Part shown: piece after piece, positions 8,930-19,123 of the stretch
Numbering within the stretch: the first letter of the stretch is position 1
Layout: each line of letters begins with the position of its first letter
The notes under the pieces: generated by a model
The model's database searches: none
What the model saw: only the letters and a program-made list of their open reading frames with translations
What the model was told of the DNA's origin: nothing
DNA from: an uncultured Candidatus Saccharibacteria bacterium
GTDB taxonomy: Bacteria > Patescibacteriota > Minisyncoccia > Minisyncoccales > GWA2-38-27
Length of the DNA: 62,507 nucleotides
Reading direction: 5' to 3'
Assembly (NCBI GenBank): GCA_964447515.1
Contig: CAYUSS010000005.1
Location: 1-62,507, forward strand
Position numbers and translations under genes: made by a program

Positions 8930-9910
8930 TTAGATACGGATTTTTTCCACTTTCACTCTCCCCCATTTCTCGCTTTTCTTCAATAATCCGTTTTTTGCTC
9001 CCCATTTTTTAAGACAAAAACTAGCGTTAGCCGCGCCTAATTGAACAGCATATTCTATATCTCCTTTTTTTCTAATAAAACCGCTAACAAAACCTGAAGC
9101 AAAAGAATCTCCTGCTCCGGTTCGGTCAACCATCTTTGATTTTAGAATTCCGGCTCTATAAAGTTCTTTTCCCCATGAAACCACTACTCCGGCCGGTCCT
9201 TTAGTCATTACAACAACACCGGGACAAAGTTCGCTAATTTTTCTAAAGATTTGTTTCTCTTTTTGAAAAGGAATTTTAGTAACTAATGAAGCTTCTTCCT
9301 GATTCAAAATTAAAATATCAACTTTTTTAAAGATTCTTTTTAATTTGCTTTTTGGAAGACAAAGCTGGGAATTTCCGGGATTGGCAACAACTTTTATTCT
9401 ATTCCTTTGGGAAAAATTAACCAAATCCTCAAAGATATTACAGAGTTTTCCAGAAAGTGGCGCCAAATAAAACCATTTTGTTTTTAGCTTTTTCCAAGGA
9501 ATTTCTTTCTTTTCTAAAATTTCTGAAGCCCCCCGATAAGCTAAAATCGTCCTGTCTTTTTGGGGTAAGTTTAAAACAACTGAATGATTAGTTGGTTTTA
9601 ATTTTGTTTTTGAAATAAATTGAGTTCCTACGCCAAAACTTTTTAATTCTTCAATTATTTCTTTTCCAGAAATGTCATCCCCTACTCTTCCGCAATAAGC
9701 TGTCTTAAAGCCTTGTTTTGAAAAACTAATTGCTGTGTTTGTTCCTCCACCTCCCGAAGAAAAATATATATCTTGAATATCAACTTTGGATCCTAAATTA
9801 AAACAAATCCCTTTGCCGGTAACAAATTTTTTATTTCTTATCACTTGGAAATTTCTTGCTCTCAAAAAAATATCCCAAGTTGCCGAACCAAATGTAATAA
9901 TGTCGTACAT
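8930..9910 (-). CDS. PfkB-family carbohydrate kinase
   Basis: GGGGTNTA and DRTGAGDSF PfkB signatures. Confidence 0.92.
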   Translation of the reverse strand: MYDIITFGSATWDIFLRARNFQVIRNKKFVTGKGICFNLGSKVDIQDIYFSSGGGGTNTAISFSKQGFKTAYCGRVGDDISGKEIIEELKSFGVGTQFISKTKLKPTNHSVVLNLPQKDRTILAYRGASEILEKKEIPWKKLKTKWFYLAPLSGKLCNIFEDLVNFSQRNRIKVVANPGNSQLCLPKSKLKRIFKKVDILILNQEEASLVTKIPFQKEKQIFRKISELCPGVVVMTKGPAGVVVSWGKELYRAGILKSKMVDRTGAGDSFASGFVSGFIRKKGDIEYAVQLGAANASFCLKKWGAKNGLLKKSEKWGRVKVEKIRI

Positions 9911-9915
9911 ATTAA

Positions 9916-10281
9916 TTATTTTTTATATTTTTTATCATATCCGCCGAGATAAACATTTGTGTGTTTACCTTTTGTCCTTGCAATTGGAAACCTTTTTTTA
10001 TTTTTTTTAATAACTCCTTGAATTGCTTCATCAATATCAATATCACAACTATTTGCTAATATTGCCAAAAACCAAAATATGTCTCCAATATTATCCTTTA
10101 CCTCTTTCTCATTCTCTAAAAGGACTTTTTTAATTATCTCTGGCTCTTGCTCCCATTTAATTATATTTCTAAATTCACCGATTTCTTCAATTATTCCTAA
10201 TAAAAGGTCTTTGGGATTATGAAATTGGTCCCAGTTTCTCTTTTCGCAAAATTTTTTAATTTCTTTTTGATAAGAATTCAT
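9916..10281 (-). CDS. MazG-like nucleotide pyrophosphohydrolase
   Basis: RNWDQFHNPKDL..GIIEEIGE and D..GD motif. Confidence 0.85.
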   Translation of the reverse strand: MNSYQKEIKKFCEKRNWDQFHNPKDLLLGIIEEIGEFRNIIKWEQEPEIIKKVLLENEKEVKDNIGDIFWFLAILANSCDIDIDEAIQGVIKKNKKRFPIARTKGKHTNVYLGGYDKKYKK

Positions 10282-10300
10282 AATTCAGATTTTAAAACTA

Positions 10301-10385
10301 TTAGAAATTTAACGGTGGTTTTGTCTTTTTCTTCTTTGCTAAAATCATAATTGTTTTAATCACTGTATCAGGATTTAAAGAAATT
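10301..10385 (-). pseudogene. relic 3' end of a ppsA allele
   Basis: Translates ISLNPDTVIKTIMILAKKKK; 10350-10385 matches 11457-11492 of the intact ppsA at 31/36 nt. Confidence 0.75.
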
Positions 10386-10504
10386 AAGAATATCTTATCA
10401 AAATATACCAATGATGCGAATTGTAATTCTACCCGCAAAATTCGCATAAAATTCGTAAATTCGGATTATTTAATTATATCGTAAAACCTAAAATATAAAA
10501 TAAA

Positions 10505-11353
10505 TTATTTTTCAATTATTTTGTGTTTTTCCAGGCCTTCGGCGTAAAGTTTTTGGATTTGAGTCAAGTTCAAGGCTTCTTCATAAATGCGGACTCCGTC
10601 GATGAGGCCGTTGAAATAAGAACCACCTCCAGAATGACTATATCTACCTATGTTCAGAGGATTGGTAGTAGATGACAATACAGAAGCGCTCCCGTCAGTT
10701 CCCTTCACTCCATTTATATACACTTTAATAACATTGCTACCATCCCAAGTTCCTACTACATGATACCACTGCCCAACTGAAAGACCATTAGTAAAATAAG
10801 CAAAAGGAACAACGTTGGGAGTAGTAATAAAAAATTTTAAAGTTCCGCCAATACTATTTCGTAAAATCCACCCTTTATAATTCCCGCCATATTTAGTTGC
10901 TATTTCTTGATATGCACTAACACTCTTTGGTTTCACCCACGCCTCAACCGTAATCGCATCAGTAATATTCAAACTCTCATCATTGCCACAATCAACATAA
11001 TCATTCCCCCCGTCAAAATCAAGAGAATTTCCCAAGGCATTATTAGGAGTATCATCTGTCCATTGAGGGCAAGAACCTGTACCCGCAGTACAGGTTCCAT
11101 TTCCTAAGGTTCCATCATTTCCATTGCTGCTCATATCTTTCGCTGTTGTTCCACTACCTTCGTTAAAATCCCAAATACCTACGGCATAAGCTCCGAGAGC
11201 GTGATGAACTTGGGCAGAAAAGTTAAGGCCTTTAGCAATCCTGGCTTTGTCTTTTGCTCCTTTCAAACTAACTAAAACAATACTTGCTAAAAGTCCGATA
11301 ATAGCGATTACTACAAGAAGCTCTATAAGAGTGAAGGATTTTTGCTTTTTCAT
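10505..11353 (-). CDS. type IV pilin-like protein with LamG/laminin-G domain
   Basis: Class III signal KS|FTLIELLVVIAIIG; LDFDG, ITVEAWVKP, GQWYHVVGTWDG, GLIDGVRIY. Confidence 0.9.
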   Translation of the reverse strand: MKKQKSFTLIELLVVIAIIGLLASIVLVSLKGAKDKARIAKGLNFSAQVHHALGAYAVGIWDFNEGSGTTAKDMSSNGNDGTLGNGTCTAGTGSCPQWTDDTPNNALGNSLDFDGGNDYVDCGNDESLNITDAITVEAWVKPKSVSAYQEIATKYGGNYKGWILRNSIGGTLKFFITTPNVVPFAYFTNGLSVGQWYHVVGTWDGSNVIKVYINGVKGTDGSASVLSSTTNPLNIGRYSHSGGGSYFNGLIDGVRIYEEALNLTQIQKLYAEGLEKHKIIEK

Positions 11354-11428
11354 AGTTTATTAAACACAATCTACTGGACATGCGATGTTAGACATTGCAT
11401 GTTAAAATAAATAAAATAGGGATAGTTC

Positions 11429-13852
11429 CTATTTTCTTTTTTTACCTAAATTTAAGATTGTTTTAATCACTGTGTCAGAGTTCAAAGACATTGTCTCTAT
11501 CCCCTCTTTCATTATGAATTCGGCGAAATCAGGCAAATCGCTCGGTGCCTGACCGCAAATTCCAACATATTTTTTTCGCTTCCGGCACACTTTAATTACT
11601 TTTCTAACCTGCTCTTTTACAGCTTCGTTCCTCTCATTTCCCACATAGGCAATTTGAGCATTATCCCTATCTAAGCCTAAGGTCAACTGGGTTAAATCAT
11701 TAGAGCCAATACTCATACCGTCAAAAATATCTAAAAATTTATCAATTAAAATCACATTAGAGGGAATTTCACACATCACATAAATCTTTAATTTTGTAGA
11801 AGCAGATTTACGCGGATGGCTATGCGGATCTAAGCGGATAAGGTCAAATTTCTTCATCAAATCAATGACCTTCTGAGCTTCCTCTACTGTTCGGCAAAAT
11901 GGAATCATTGTAGCAATATTCTTTAAACCGAAAACATTCCTGGCTCTCTTTATGGCTTGACACTCCATTCTGAAAGCAGGCTGGAAATCTTTATCTAAAT
12001 ACCGGCAGGCTCCTCTAAATCCAAGCATCGGATTGGCTTCTTCTCCTTCAAAAAGTTCTCCCCCGATTAAATTCTTATATTCATTTGTTTTAAAATCAGA
12101 AAATCTAACAATAACTTCTTTAGGATAAAAAGCAGCAGCTATCTGGGCAATTCCTTCGGCTAATTCTTTGATAAAAAATTCTTTTTTATCTTTATGCTCA
12201 ATGGTTATTTCTCTAATTTTCTTTTTTATCTTCCGGTTTTTTAATTTATTGAAATGGTAAAGAGCCAGAGGATGAATTTTGATTTTCTCGGCAATAATAA
12301 ATTCTTCCCTGGCTAAACCTACTCCATCCACAGGCAAAAAAGAGCTTTTAAAGGCAATCTCCGGCGCTCCGATATTGAGCATTATCTTTGCTTTCAATTT
12401 AGGAACCTTTTTAAGGTCGTATTTTTTAATTTGAAAAGGAATTTTGCCTTCAAAAATCCTGCCGCTTAATCCTTGAGTGCAATCAACAGTAACTGTTTGA
12501 CCAGTTTTTAAAACCTTAGTGGATTTTTCAGTACCAACGATACAGGGAATGCCAAGTTCCCTGGAGATAATTGCGCTGTGGCAGGTCTTGCTACCCTCAT
12601 CAGTAATAATGGCTGAAGCCATAGTCATAATTGTCGTCCAGTCAGGGTCTGTCATTTTGGTTACCAGCACCTCGCCTTTTTTGAATTGGCCGATTTTTGA
12701 AACATTGTAAATTATATGAACAGGACCTGTGCCAACTTTATCCCCAATAGCAGTGCCGGTTAAAATCGGTTTTTTCTTAGATTTAATTTCGTATTCTTCA
12801 TAAACTTTACCAATTTTGGGAGCGTGAACTGTTTCCGGCCTTGATTGGACGATAAAAAGTTCTCCTGTCTTTCCGTCTTTTGCCCATTCAATATCCTGAG
12901 GCATCCATTTTTTAAATTTTTCAGAATAATGTTTTTCAATAATTACGGCCCATCTGGCTAAAGTTAAAATATCTTTATCGTCCAAGGAAAACTGAAGCTG
13001 TTTGTTTTCGGAAACTTTAACTTTTTTTATCCCCCCCTTTTTGCTATAAACATATTTTACCGCCTTTCTGCCCAAATCTTTTCTAATAATAGCTTTATAG
13101 TTTTGCTTTAAAGTCGGTTTAAACACATAAAATTCATCCGGGGTAATCCTCCCCTTTACAATCATTTCTCCGATTCCCCAGATTGAGTTGATTAAAACAA
13201 TATTAGAAAAACCTGTTTCGGTGTCTAAGGTGAACATTATTCCTGAAGAAGCTAAATCAGACCTTACCATTTTTATAACTCCAATTGAAAGGCCAAATTT
13301 CAATTGTTTAATTTTCTTATCATATCGATAAGCAATGGCGCGGTCGCTAAAAGTTGAGGCTACGCATTTTTTTATCGCTTCAAATAATTTTCCTTTCCCT
13401 TTTACATTTAAATATGTTTCAAACTGCCCGGCAAAAGAAGCATTAGGCATGTCTTCGCAGACACCGGATGTTCTAACGGCTACATCAAGATTCTCGCCAT
13501 ACTTTTTTTCAAGTTTTTGATAAGCGCCAAAAATTTCTTCTTTTAATTCCTCGGGAAGTTCCCCTTTTAAGATAAGCACCCGGGATTTTCTTCCGGTTTC
13601 TTGAAGGCTTTTTATGCTTTCCGGGTCAAATTTTTTAAAGATTTTTTTTAACTCTTTATCAATTTTATTGGCTTTCAAAAACTTCCAATAGGCATTTGTA
13701 GTTAAAACAAAACCATCAGGAATATTTATTCCTTTTTTGGAGAGTTCTCTACACATCTCTCCTAAAGAAGCATTTTTCCCTCCTGCTAAAGGAACGTCTT
13801 TGTAAGAAATTTCTTTAAGCCATAAAATATTTTTTTGTGATTTCTTTTTCAT
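11429..13852 (-). CDS. ppsA: phosphoenolpyruvate synthase
   Basis: GGKNASLGEM, QDIEWA, phospho-His motif TCHSAIISRELG, EANPMLGFRG, GICGQAPSD. Start set at MKKK (13852). Confidence 0.96.
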   Translation of the reverse strand: MKKKSQKNILWLKEISYKDVPLAGGKNASLGEMCRELSKKGINIPDGFVLTTNAYWKFLKANKIDKELKKIFKKFDPESIKSLQETGRKSRVLILKGELPEELKEEIFGAYQKLEKKYGENLDVAVRTSGVCEDMPNASFAGQFETYLNVKGKGKLFEAIKKCVASTFSDRAIAYRYDKKIKQLKFGLSIGVIKMVRSDLASSGIMFTLDTETGFSNIVLINSIWGIGEMIVKGRITPDEFYVFKPTLKQNYKAIIRKDLGRKAVKYVYSKKGGIKKVKVSENKQLQFSLDDKDILTLARWAVIIEKHYSEKFKKWMPQDIEWAKDGKTGELFIVQSRPETVHAPKIGKVYEEYEIKSKKKPILTGTAIGDKVGTGPVHIIYNVSKIGQFKKGEVLVTKMTDPDWTTIMTMASAIITDEGSKTCHSAIISRELGIPCIVGTEKSTKVLKTGQTVTVDCTQGLSGRIFEGKIPFQIKKYDLKKVPKLKAKIMLNIGAPEIAFKSSFLPVDGVGLAREEFIIAEKIKIHPLALYHFNKLKNRKIKKKIREITIEHKDKKEFFIKELAEGIAQIAAAFYPKEVIVRFSDFKTNEYKNLIGGELFEGEEANPMLGFRGACRYLDKDFQPAFRMECQAIKRARNVFGLKNIATMIPFCRTVEEAQKVIDLMKKFDLIRLDPHSHPRKSASTKLKIYVMCEIPSNVILIDKFLDIFDGMSIGSNDLTQLTLGLDRDNAQIAYVGNERNEAVKEQVRKVIKVCRKRKKYVGICGQAPSDLPDFAEFIMKEGIETMSLNSDTVIKTILNLGKKRK

Positions 13853-13872
13853 AAGATAAATGACTTTATTTT

Positions 13873-14391
13873 CTACTGACATCCCTGGCACATTCCAATA
13901 GTAATGCCACTGTAGTTAAAATAATGACCATCACAAGCTGTCACGCCTGGACTAGTTATATCCGGTTTTTCCAATTTATAAACCAACATATACCATTGCT
14001 GGGAACAACCATAACCCAAGGAGAAATAGCAATAATTATATTTGCCGCTCCCAGCCCAACCAGTTGTATCGTTGATTGGGTCCTTGGGAAGAGTAACTTC
14101 ATTGCTGAATTTGCTTTGGAGGATATTCCAGCTAGCGTCTCCACTATTGCTCCAGCCACCATTTGGAGAACTCGCTCCCCCTGAAGCAGGATATTCTTCG
14201 TTCTCCGCGTAATACACCTCTAATGCCGTCATTATTTGTCTTATTTCTGCTTTTCTTCTCGCATCTCTGGCTTTTTCTCTTGCCCCCTTTAAACCAACCA
14301 AAACAATGGAAGCCAAAAGACCGATAATGGCAATAACTACTAAAAGTTCGATAAGGGTAAACGATTTTTGTTTCTGCCTAAATTTTTGCAC
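13873..14391 (-). CDS. type IV pilin / GspG-like protein
   Basis: KS|FTLIELLVVIAIIG, ARDARRKAE, LPKDP. Confidence 0.9.
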   Translation of the reverse strand: MQKFRQKQKSFTLIELLVVIAIIGLLASIVLVGLKGAREKARDARRKAEIRQIMTALEVYYAENEEYPASGGASSPNGGWSNSGDASWNILQSKFSNEVTLPKDPINDTTGWAGSGKYNYCYFSLGYGCSQQWYMLVYKLEKPDITSPGVTACDGHYFNYSGITIGMCQGCQ

Positions 14392-14465
14392 AATTAACTG
14401 TTAAAATTGAGGATTTAAACATAAGCTTATAATTTTTAAACTAAGCTCATGTTTAAATTGAGGAT

Positions 14466-15503
14466 TTAAACACTAATTTTTAGAGCTTTAATTTTTTTAG
14501 CTATTGCCAATTCCTCATCTGTTTTTATGGTTAAGATTTTAGTATTTTCTAAAATAGTTAAATTCTTACAAATGCTATTTCTAATCTTAGCAGAACCCGA
14601 ACCAATTGCCCCGGTAAATATTAATAAATCGCATCCTTCTAAAATAGCAAAATAAGCCCCGATATATTTTTGAATTTTATAAATAAATATTTCCAAGGCA
14701 AGTTTTGCTTTTTTGTCTCCTGTTTTAGCTTTTTTTAAAACTTCCAGCATCTCTCCTTCCCCGCTAATCCCTTTTATGCCTGATTCAATGTTTAAAAGTC
14801 TGTCGGTTTCTTTCACAGAAAAATTTTTAACAAGTTCTAAAACAATACCAGAATCAATATCGCCACAACGAGTCATCATTACCAACCCTTCCATTGGGGT
14901 AAAGCCCATTGAGGTGTCAATTGCTTTTCCGTTTTTTATAGCAGTAATGCTGGCTCCTCCGCCTAAATGACAGGTAATGATTTTCAATTTTTCAAATGGC
15001 TTTTTTATCTTTTTGGCTGCTGTTTTAGCTACATATTCATGAGAAATTCCATGAAAACCAAACCTTTGAAATCTATATTTCCTTCTTATATTTTCTGGTA
15101 AAGGATAAATATAAGCTTTTTTTGGTAAATTAGAATAAAATTCAGTGTCAAAAACAGCAATCTTGGGAACTCGGGGAAAAATTTTCTTGGCAATCTTTAT
15201 TCCTAAAACATTAAAAGGATTATGCAAAGGAGCTAATTTATTAAATTTTTCTAATTCTTTTAAGATTTTCTTATTTATTTTTATTGGTTTTTTAAATTTC
15301 TCTCCCCCGTGAACAACCCGATGTCCGATTATCCGGATATCTTTTTTATAGTTATCTAACTTATTTAATTCTTTTGTCAAAAAATTTTGATAATCTTTAG
15401 GATTAAAAACTTCTCTTTTCCCCTTTTTTATTAATTTTAAATCCTTCTTCTTAAACAACTTCCACTTTATTGACTGACTTCCGCAATCTAAAACTAAAAT
15501 CAT
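14466..15503 (-). CDS. ackA: acetate kinase (compact form)
   Basis: LDCGSQSIK, GHRVVHGG, LAPLHNP, GFHGISH, HLGGGAS, DTSMGFTP. Confidence 0.95.
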   Translation of the reverse strand: MILVLDCGSQSIKWKLFKKKDLKLIKKGKREVFNPKDYQNFLTKELNKLDNYKKDIRIIGHRVVHGGEKFKKPIKINKKILKELEKFNKLAPLHNPFNVLGIKIAKKIFPRVPKIAVFDTEFYSNLPKKAYIYPLPENIRRKYRFQRFGFHGISHEYVAKTAAKKIKKPFEKLKIITCHLGGGASITAIKNGKAIDTSMGFTPMEGLVMMTRCGDIDSGIVLELVKNFSVKETDRLLNIESGIKGISGEGEMLEVLKKAKTGDKKAKLALEIFIYKIQKYIGAYFAILEGCDLLIFTGAIGSGSAKIRNSICKNLTILENTKILTIKTDEELAIAKKIKALKISV

Positions 15504-16072
15504 AACAAAATTTCTCCTTTACCTTTTTTATTTATTCCGGCGGCGTTTCCTTCGTCAGTATCAAGGTGCATGCAGAGTCTATCGCCCTCACCTATTCTTA
15601 TTACAACATTATGAAATGTTAATCCTCTATCACCGCCGCATTTAACAGAAACCATAATTCTATCTTTGAATCCTAATTTTTCTGCTTCTTGGGGATTGCA
15701 GTGAATATGCCGCCAAGCAATTATTACTCCTTTTCTTAATTCTACTTCTCCCCTTGGGCCTATTAAAACTAACCCCGGGGTTCCTTCTAAATCCCCGGAA
15801 ACCTTAATTGGCGGATTTAATCCTAAATTAATGGCATCGGTTAAAGAAAGTTCTACTTGCGTTTCCTCTCTCGGCGGACCTATAATTCTTACTCCGGAAA
15901 ACCTTTTTCCGTTATAAAAAATATCTAATGTTTCCTGGGCCGCAAACTCAGGCGGTTCAGTAAGATCCTTAAATTTTTTAAGTTGATAATTTTCTCCAAA
16001 AAGAATACCTAAGTTCTTTTGAGAAAGATGAATATGCCTGGCTGAAATCTCAATTGGAATCTTCTTTTCCAT
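15500..16072 (-). CDS. pduL: PduL-type phosphate acyltransferase
   Basis: SARHIHL, RHIH, MHLDTDEGNAA; translationally coupled to ackA. Confidence 0.92.
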   Translation of the reverse strand: MEKKIPIEISARHIHLSQKNLGILFGENYQLKKFKDLTEPPEFAAQETLDIFYNGKRFSGVRIIGPPREETQVELSLTDAINLGLNPPIKVSGDLEGTPGLVLIGPRGEVELRKGVIIAWRHIHCNPQEAEKLGFKDRIMVSVKCGGDRGLTFHNVVIRIGEGDRLCMHLDTDEGNAAGINKKGKGEILL

Positions 16073-16157
16073 AATTAATTTTTGATTAAACTTGTTTTGC
16101 TTATTATACCTCTTTTTAAAAAAAATAAAAAATATTTCTAAACTCTATTGAAAATAA

Positions 16158-17321
16158 TTATTTTAATTCTAAATTTAATATTCTATCTATTTCCTCAGTA
16201 ATTTTTTTTACTACTATACTCCCGCCAAAATAAGTCAAATGTATACCATCTGAAATTCGAGCTAATTTATACCTCCCTCCATTATCAAGTAAATAAGAAG
16301 CATAATTACTTTCAGAATCGGCTAATAAACTCCAAGTTGAAAGGAAATAAACGTCTTGATGACTTTCAGCTTCTCTTTCATAAATCGAATTAAGATTATT
16401 TATTTTGTTGGAATATGGTTTATCTCTCATAATAGGAAGTCCTATCCAAAAAACAATAATATTTTTTTCTAAAAAAATCTCTGACAAATATGATACTCTT
16501 TCACCATATCCTTTATTCCACCCCGATGCTCCATAATTTTTAATAAATTTTCCGTCTGGAATTGATAATGATTGAGGATCATTTGCTCCAAACATAACTA
16601 TAGCTAAGTTCGGCTTGTATAAAGAAATAAGCTTTATAGTTTCTACATTCCAATTAAAATAGTCGGGTCTGGAAAGCCCGCTGGAAACCTTTCCCTCTCT
16701 TATAACCTCTACATTTTTATATGTTAAAAGCTCTCTTTCTAAAATATCCCCTACTCCTCCGCCGGTAGCTATGAAAGAATTTCCTATAATTAAAATCCTT
16801 AAAGGTAATTCGGGTCCTAAAATTAATTTATCGGCAGTAGCCTCTTTTGGAAGATGTTCTTCTTCTTTAGAAACTATTGCTTTTTCTTCAACTTTTTTTT
16901 CCGCTTCGGAGTCTTTTATAGTTTGTGGTTTCTCTACAACTTTAGTTTTCTCTGCTTCTTTTAATTTTTCTACCTTTTGTTCTATCAAACCAGTTATTTC
17001 TCTTTTAAGTATCTCTTCGGGATATTCTATATGAAAAACTAAAGGAGACTCTTTTATCTTAGCCCAAAAAGCATGTTCTTTTTTAAAAAACTTATTTAAA
17101 TCAAAAATTTCTTTTAGTTTTTCTGATTCATAGGCATATAATAAGATTGAAGATTGGAATATATTGCTTCCTTTAACTTCTTCTTGAATTCCCCATCTTA
17201 TAACTCTTTTTGATTCATAAAAAGGGACAATAACAATAATCAACAAAAAAAGTAAAATAACTTTTTTGTAGTTAGAAAGATTAAATTCTTTATCTGGGAA
17301 TTGATAATTAACCTCTTCCAT
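16158..17321 (-). CDS. DUF459/SGNH hydrolase-like O-acetyltransferase partner (PatB/AlgJ-like)
   Basis: GNS block I, SSGLSRPDYFNW, GAND, DGIH; directly downstream of the MBOAT gene. Confidence 0.8.
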   Translation of the reverse strand: MEEVNYQFPDKEFNLSNYKKVILLFLLIIVIVPFYESKRVIRWGIQEEVKGSNIFQSSILLYAYESEKLKEIFDLNKFFKKEHAFWAKIKESPLVFHIEYPEEILKREITGLIEQKVEKLKEAEKTKVVEKPQTIKDSEAEKKVEEKAIVSKEEEHLPKEATADKLILGPELPLRILIIGNSFIATGGGVGDILERELLTYKNVEVIREGKVSSGLSRPDYFNWNVETIKLISLYKPNLAIVMFGANDPQSLSIPDGKFIKNYGASGWNKGYGERVSYLSEIFLEKNIIVFWIGLPIMRDKPYSNKINNLNSIYEREAESHQDVYFLSTWSLLADSESNYASYLLDNGGRYKLARISDGIHLTYFGGSIVVKKITEEIDRILNLELK

Positions 17322-17329
17322 ATTTTGAA

Positions 17330-18790
17330 CTAAAAGTTGAAATAGATAAAAGACGGTACGGTATCGGGGCTAAGTTTAAATATTAATATTAGGGTTGCAA
17401 TTATAAACAAAAGCCAAAAAACTAAAGATAGCTTGTCTTGAATTTTTACCATGGTTTTAATGACTTCTTTTTCAAATAGAAAAAGCAAAAAGCCGATAAT
17501 CATAACAACTAAAATATAAAGCTTAAATGGTTCAATAGTTTTTCCGAAATTAAAAATGGATTTTATAAAAATAAAAATATTTTCTTTACCTTCTATTCGA
17601 AAAAATATCCAACTAAAGGAAACAAAAACAAAAGTGCTAAAACAACACAGTGCTTTTTTGGCAATACTGTTTTTCTTATTCAAATTTTTTCTGGTTAGAA
17701 AACTAATGTTTTCTTTTTTATAATCCTGTCTGTTTAACTTTCTATCTTTATAATAATGGGTTCCAGCTAAAGCTAATCCATGAAGAAATCCCCAAAAAAT
17801 AAAATGCATCTTTGGTCCATGCCAAAAACCAATTAAAGTCATAGCCACAATTAAATTAAAATATTTCCTTTTTCTCCCTTTTCGGTTTCCGCCCAAAGGA
17901 ATATAAACATAATCTCTAATCCAACTTGAAAGAGACATATGCCATCTTCTCCAAAACTCTTTAATATTTGAAGCTAAATAAGGAGTGTTGAAATTAATCG
18001 GCGATTTAAATCCCATTAATCCAGAAAAACCAATAGCTAGATCGCTGTAAGCACTAAAATCAAAATAAATAACTAATGAATAAGCAAAAATTGTTAACAC
18101 TATAACAGGGCTTGCAAAAGATTCTGGAATAGCAAAAACATCAAAGGTTAAATTTAAAACAAGATAACTTGAAATAACCAATTTTTTAAAAAGACCCAAT
18201 AAAATTAAAGTAACATTCTCATTTAAATTTTCTATTTTCCTTGCTCCCCCGTCTTTAAGCTGAGTTAAAAAATCTTTAGCCCGCATTATTGGGCCGGAAA
18301 GAAGTTGTGGGAAAAATGCAACATAAACTAAAAAATTAACAAAAGGTGCGGGTACTATTTTTTTTGAATAAACATCGATATTGTAAGAAATCGTCCTAAA
18401 AATATAAAAAGACAACCCTATTGGCAAAATTATTTCAACAAGAGGAAAAGTAACTAAAATGCCAATTTTTTCTAATAATAATTCCGCCGAGCTTCGAAAA
18501 AAATCATAATATTTAAATAATCCCAATACATAAATATTACCGATAATTGCTAATATCAACATCGGTTTACTTCTGCTAAAAGAGTTTTTATAAATTAAAT
18601 AAGCAGTAAAAAAATTAAAGATAGAAGTTGCGAAAAGGATTACCAAAAAATGGATATCTAAAAATAAATAAAAAATATAACTTGAAAAAAGCAACCATAA
18701 ACGCCAAAAAAGAGGCCAACGTTTTAAAAACCAATTTAAAATTAAAACAAGAGTAAAAAAAATAAAAAAGCCAAAAGTAAAAAAATTCAT
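17330..18790 (-). CDS. MBOAT O-acyltransferase (AlgI/PatA-like)
   Basis: LPIGLSFYIF, FFPQLLSGPI, YFDFSAYSD, FWRRWHMSLSSWIRDYVYIPLGG, GFWHG. Confidence 0.92.
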   Translation of the reverse strand: MNFFTFGFFIFFTLVLILNWFLKRWPLFWRLWLLFSSYIFYLFLDIHFLVILFATSIFNFFTAYLIYKNSFSRSKPMLILAIIGNIYVLGLFKYYDFFRSSAELLLEKIGILVTFPLVEIILPIGLSFYIFRTISYNIDVYSKKIVPAPFVNFLVYVAFFPQLLSGPIMRAKDFLTQLKDGGARKIENLNENVTLILLGLFKKLVISSYLVLNLTFDVFAIPESFASPVIVLTIFAYSLVIYFDFSAYSDLAIGFSGLMGFKSPINFNTPYLASNIKEFWRRWHMSLSSWIRDYVYIPLGGNRKGRKRKYFNLIVAMTLIGFWHGPKMHFIFWGFLHGLALAGTHYYKDRKLNRQDYKKENISFLTRKNLNKKNSIAKKALCCFSTFVFVSFSWIFFRIEGKENIFIFIKSIFNFGKTIEPFKLYILVVMIIGFLLFLFEKEVIKTMVKIQDKLSLVFWLLFIIATLILIFKLSPDTVPSFIYFNF

Positions 18791-18900
18791 AGGATAAATA
18801 ACATTAATTTATTATATCCCCTGCCAAAAAGACTTTCCAAATCTTTCTGGCTCAAATGAATATGCCGAGCTGAAACCTCAATTGGATTTTTTTTATTCAT
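18787..18900 (-). pseudogene. relic 5' end of a pduL allele (37 aa)
   Basis: MNKKNPIEVSARHIHLSQKDLESLFG versus intact MEKKIPIEISARHIHLSQKNLGILFG; its TGA overlaps the MBOAT ATG. Confidence 0.85.
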
Positions 18901-18980
18901 AAAACTTTTGAACCTGTTATATTATTATAGCCTAAAAATTCTGAAGAAAAAGCTGCCCATGGGGATAACCAATATCATTT

Positions 18981-19037
18981 ATCAACGAGGCCCGTCCTCG
19001 TTGATTTTACCTCCGCATACCGGTATGCGGAGGTAAA
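18981..19037. repeat. two adjacent palindromes
   Basis: ATCAACGAGG-5 nt-CCTCGTTGAT (same arms at 3152-3176), then a perfect 32-bp palindrome TTTACCTCCGCATACC|GGTATGCGGAGGTAAA. Confidence 0.85.
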
Positions 19038-19123
19038 CTGAAAGTATACGGGATTATCTCGTATAAATAAAAAAAAATGGCTCAAAAAGATTGAGCCACT
19101 CTTGCCGGGCTTGCTTCAAAGGA

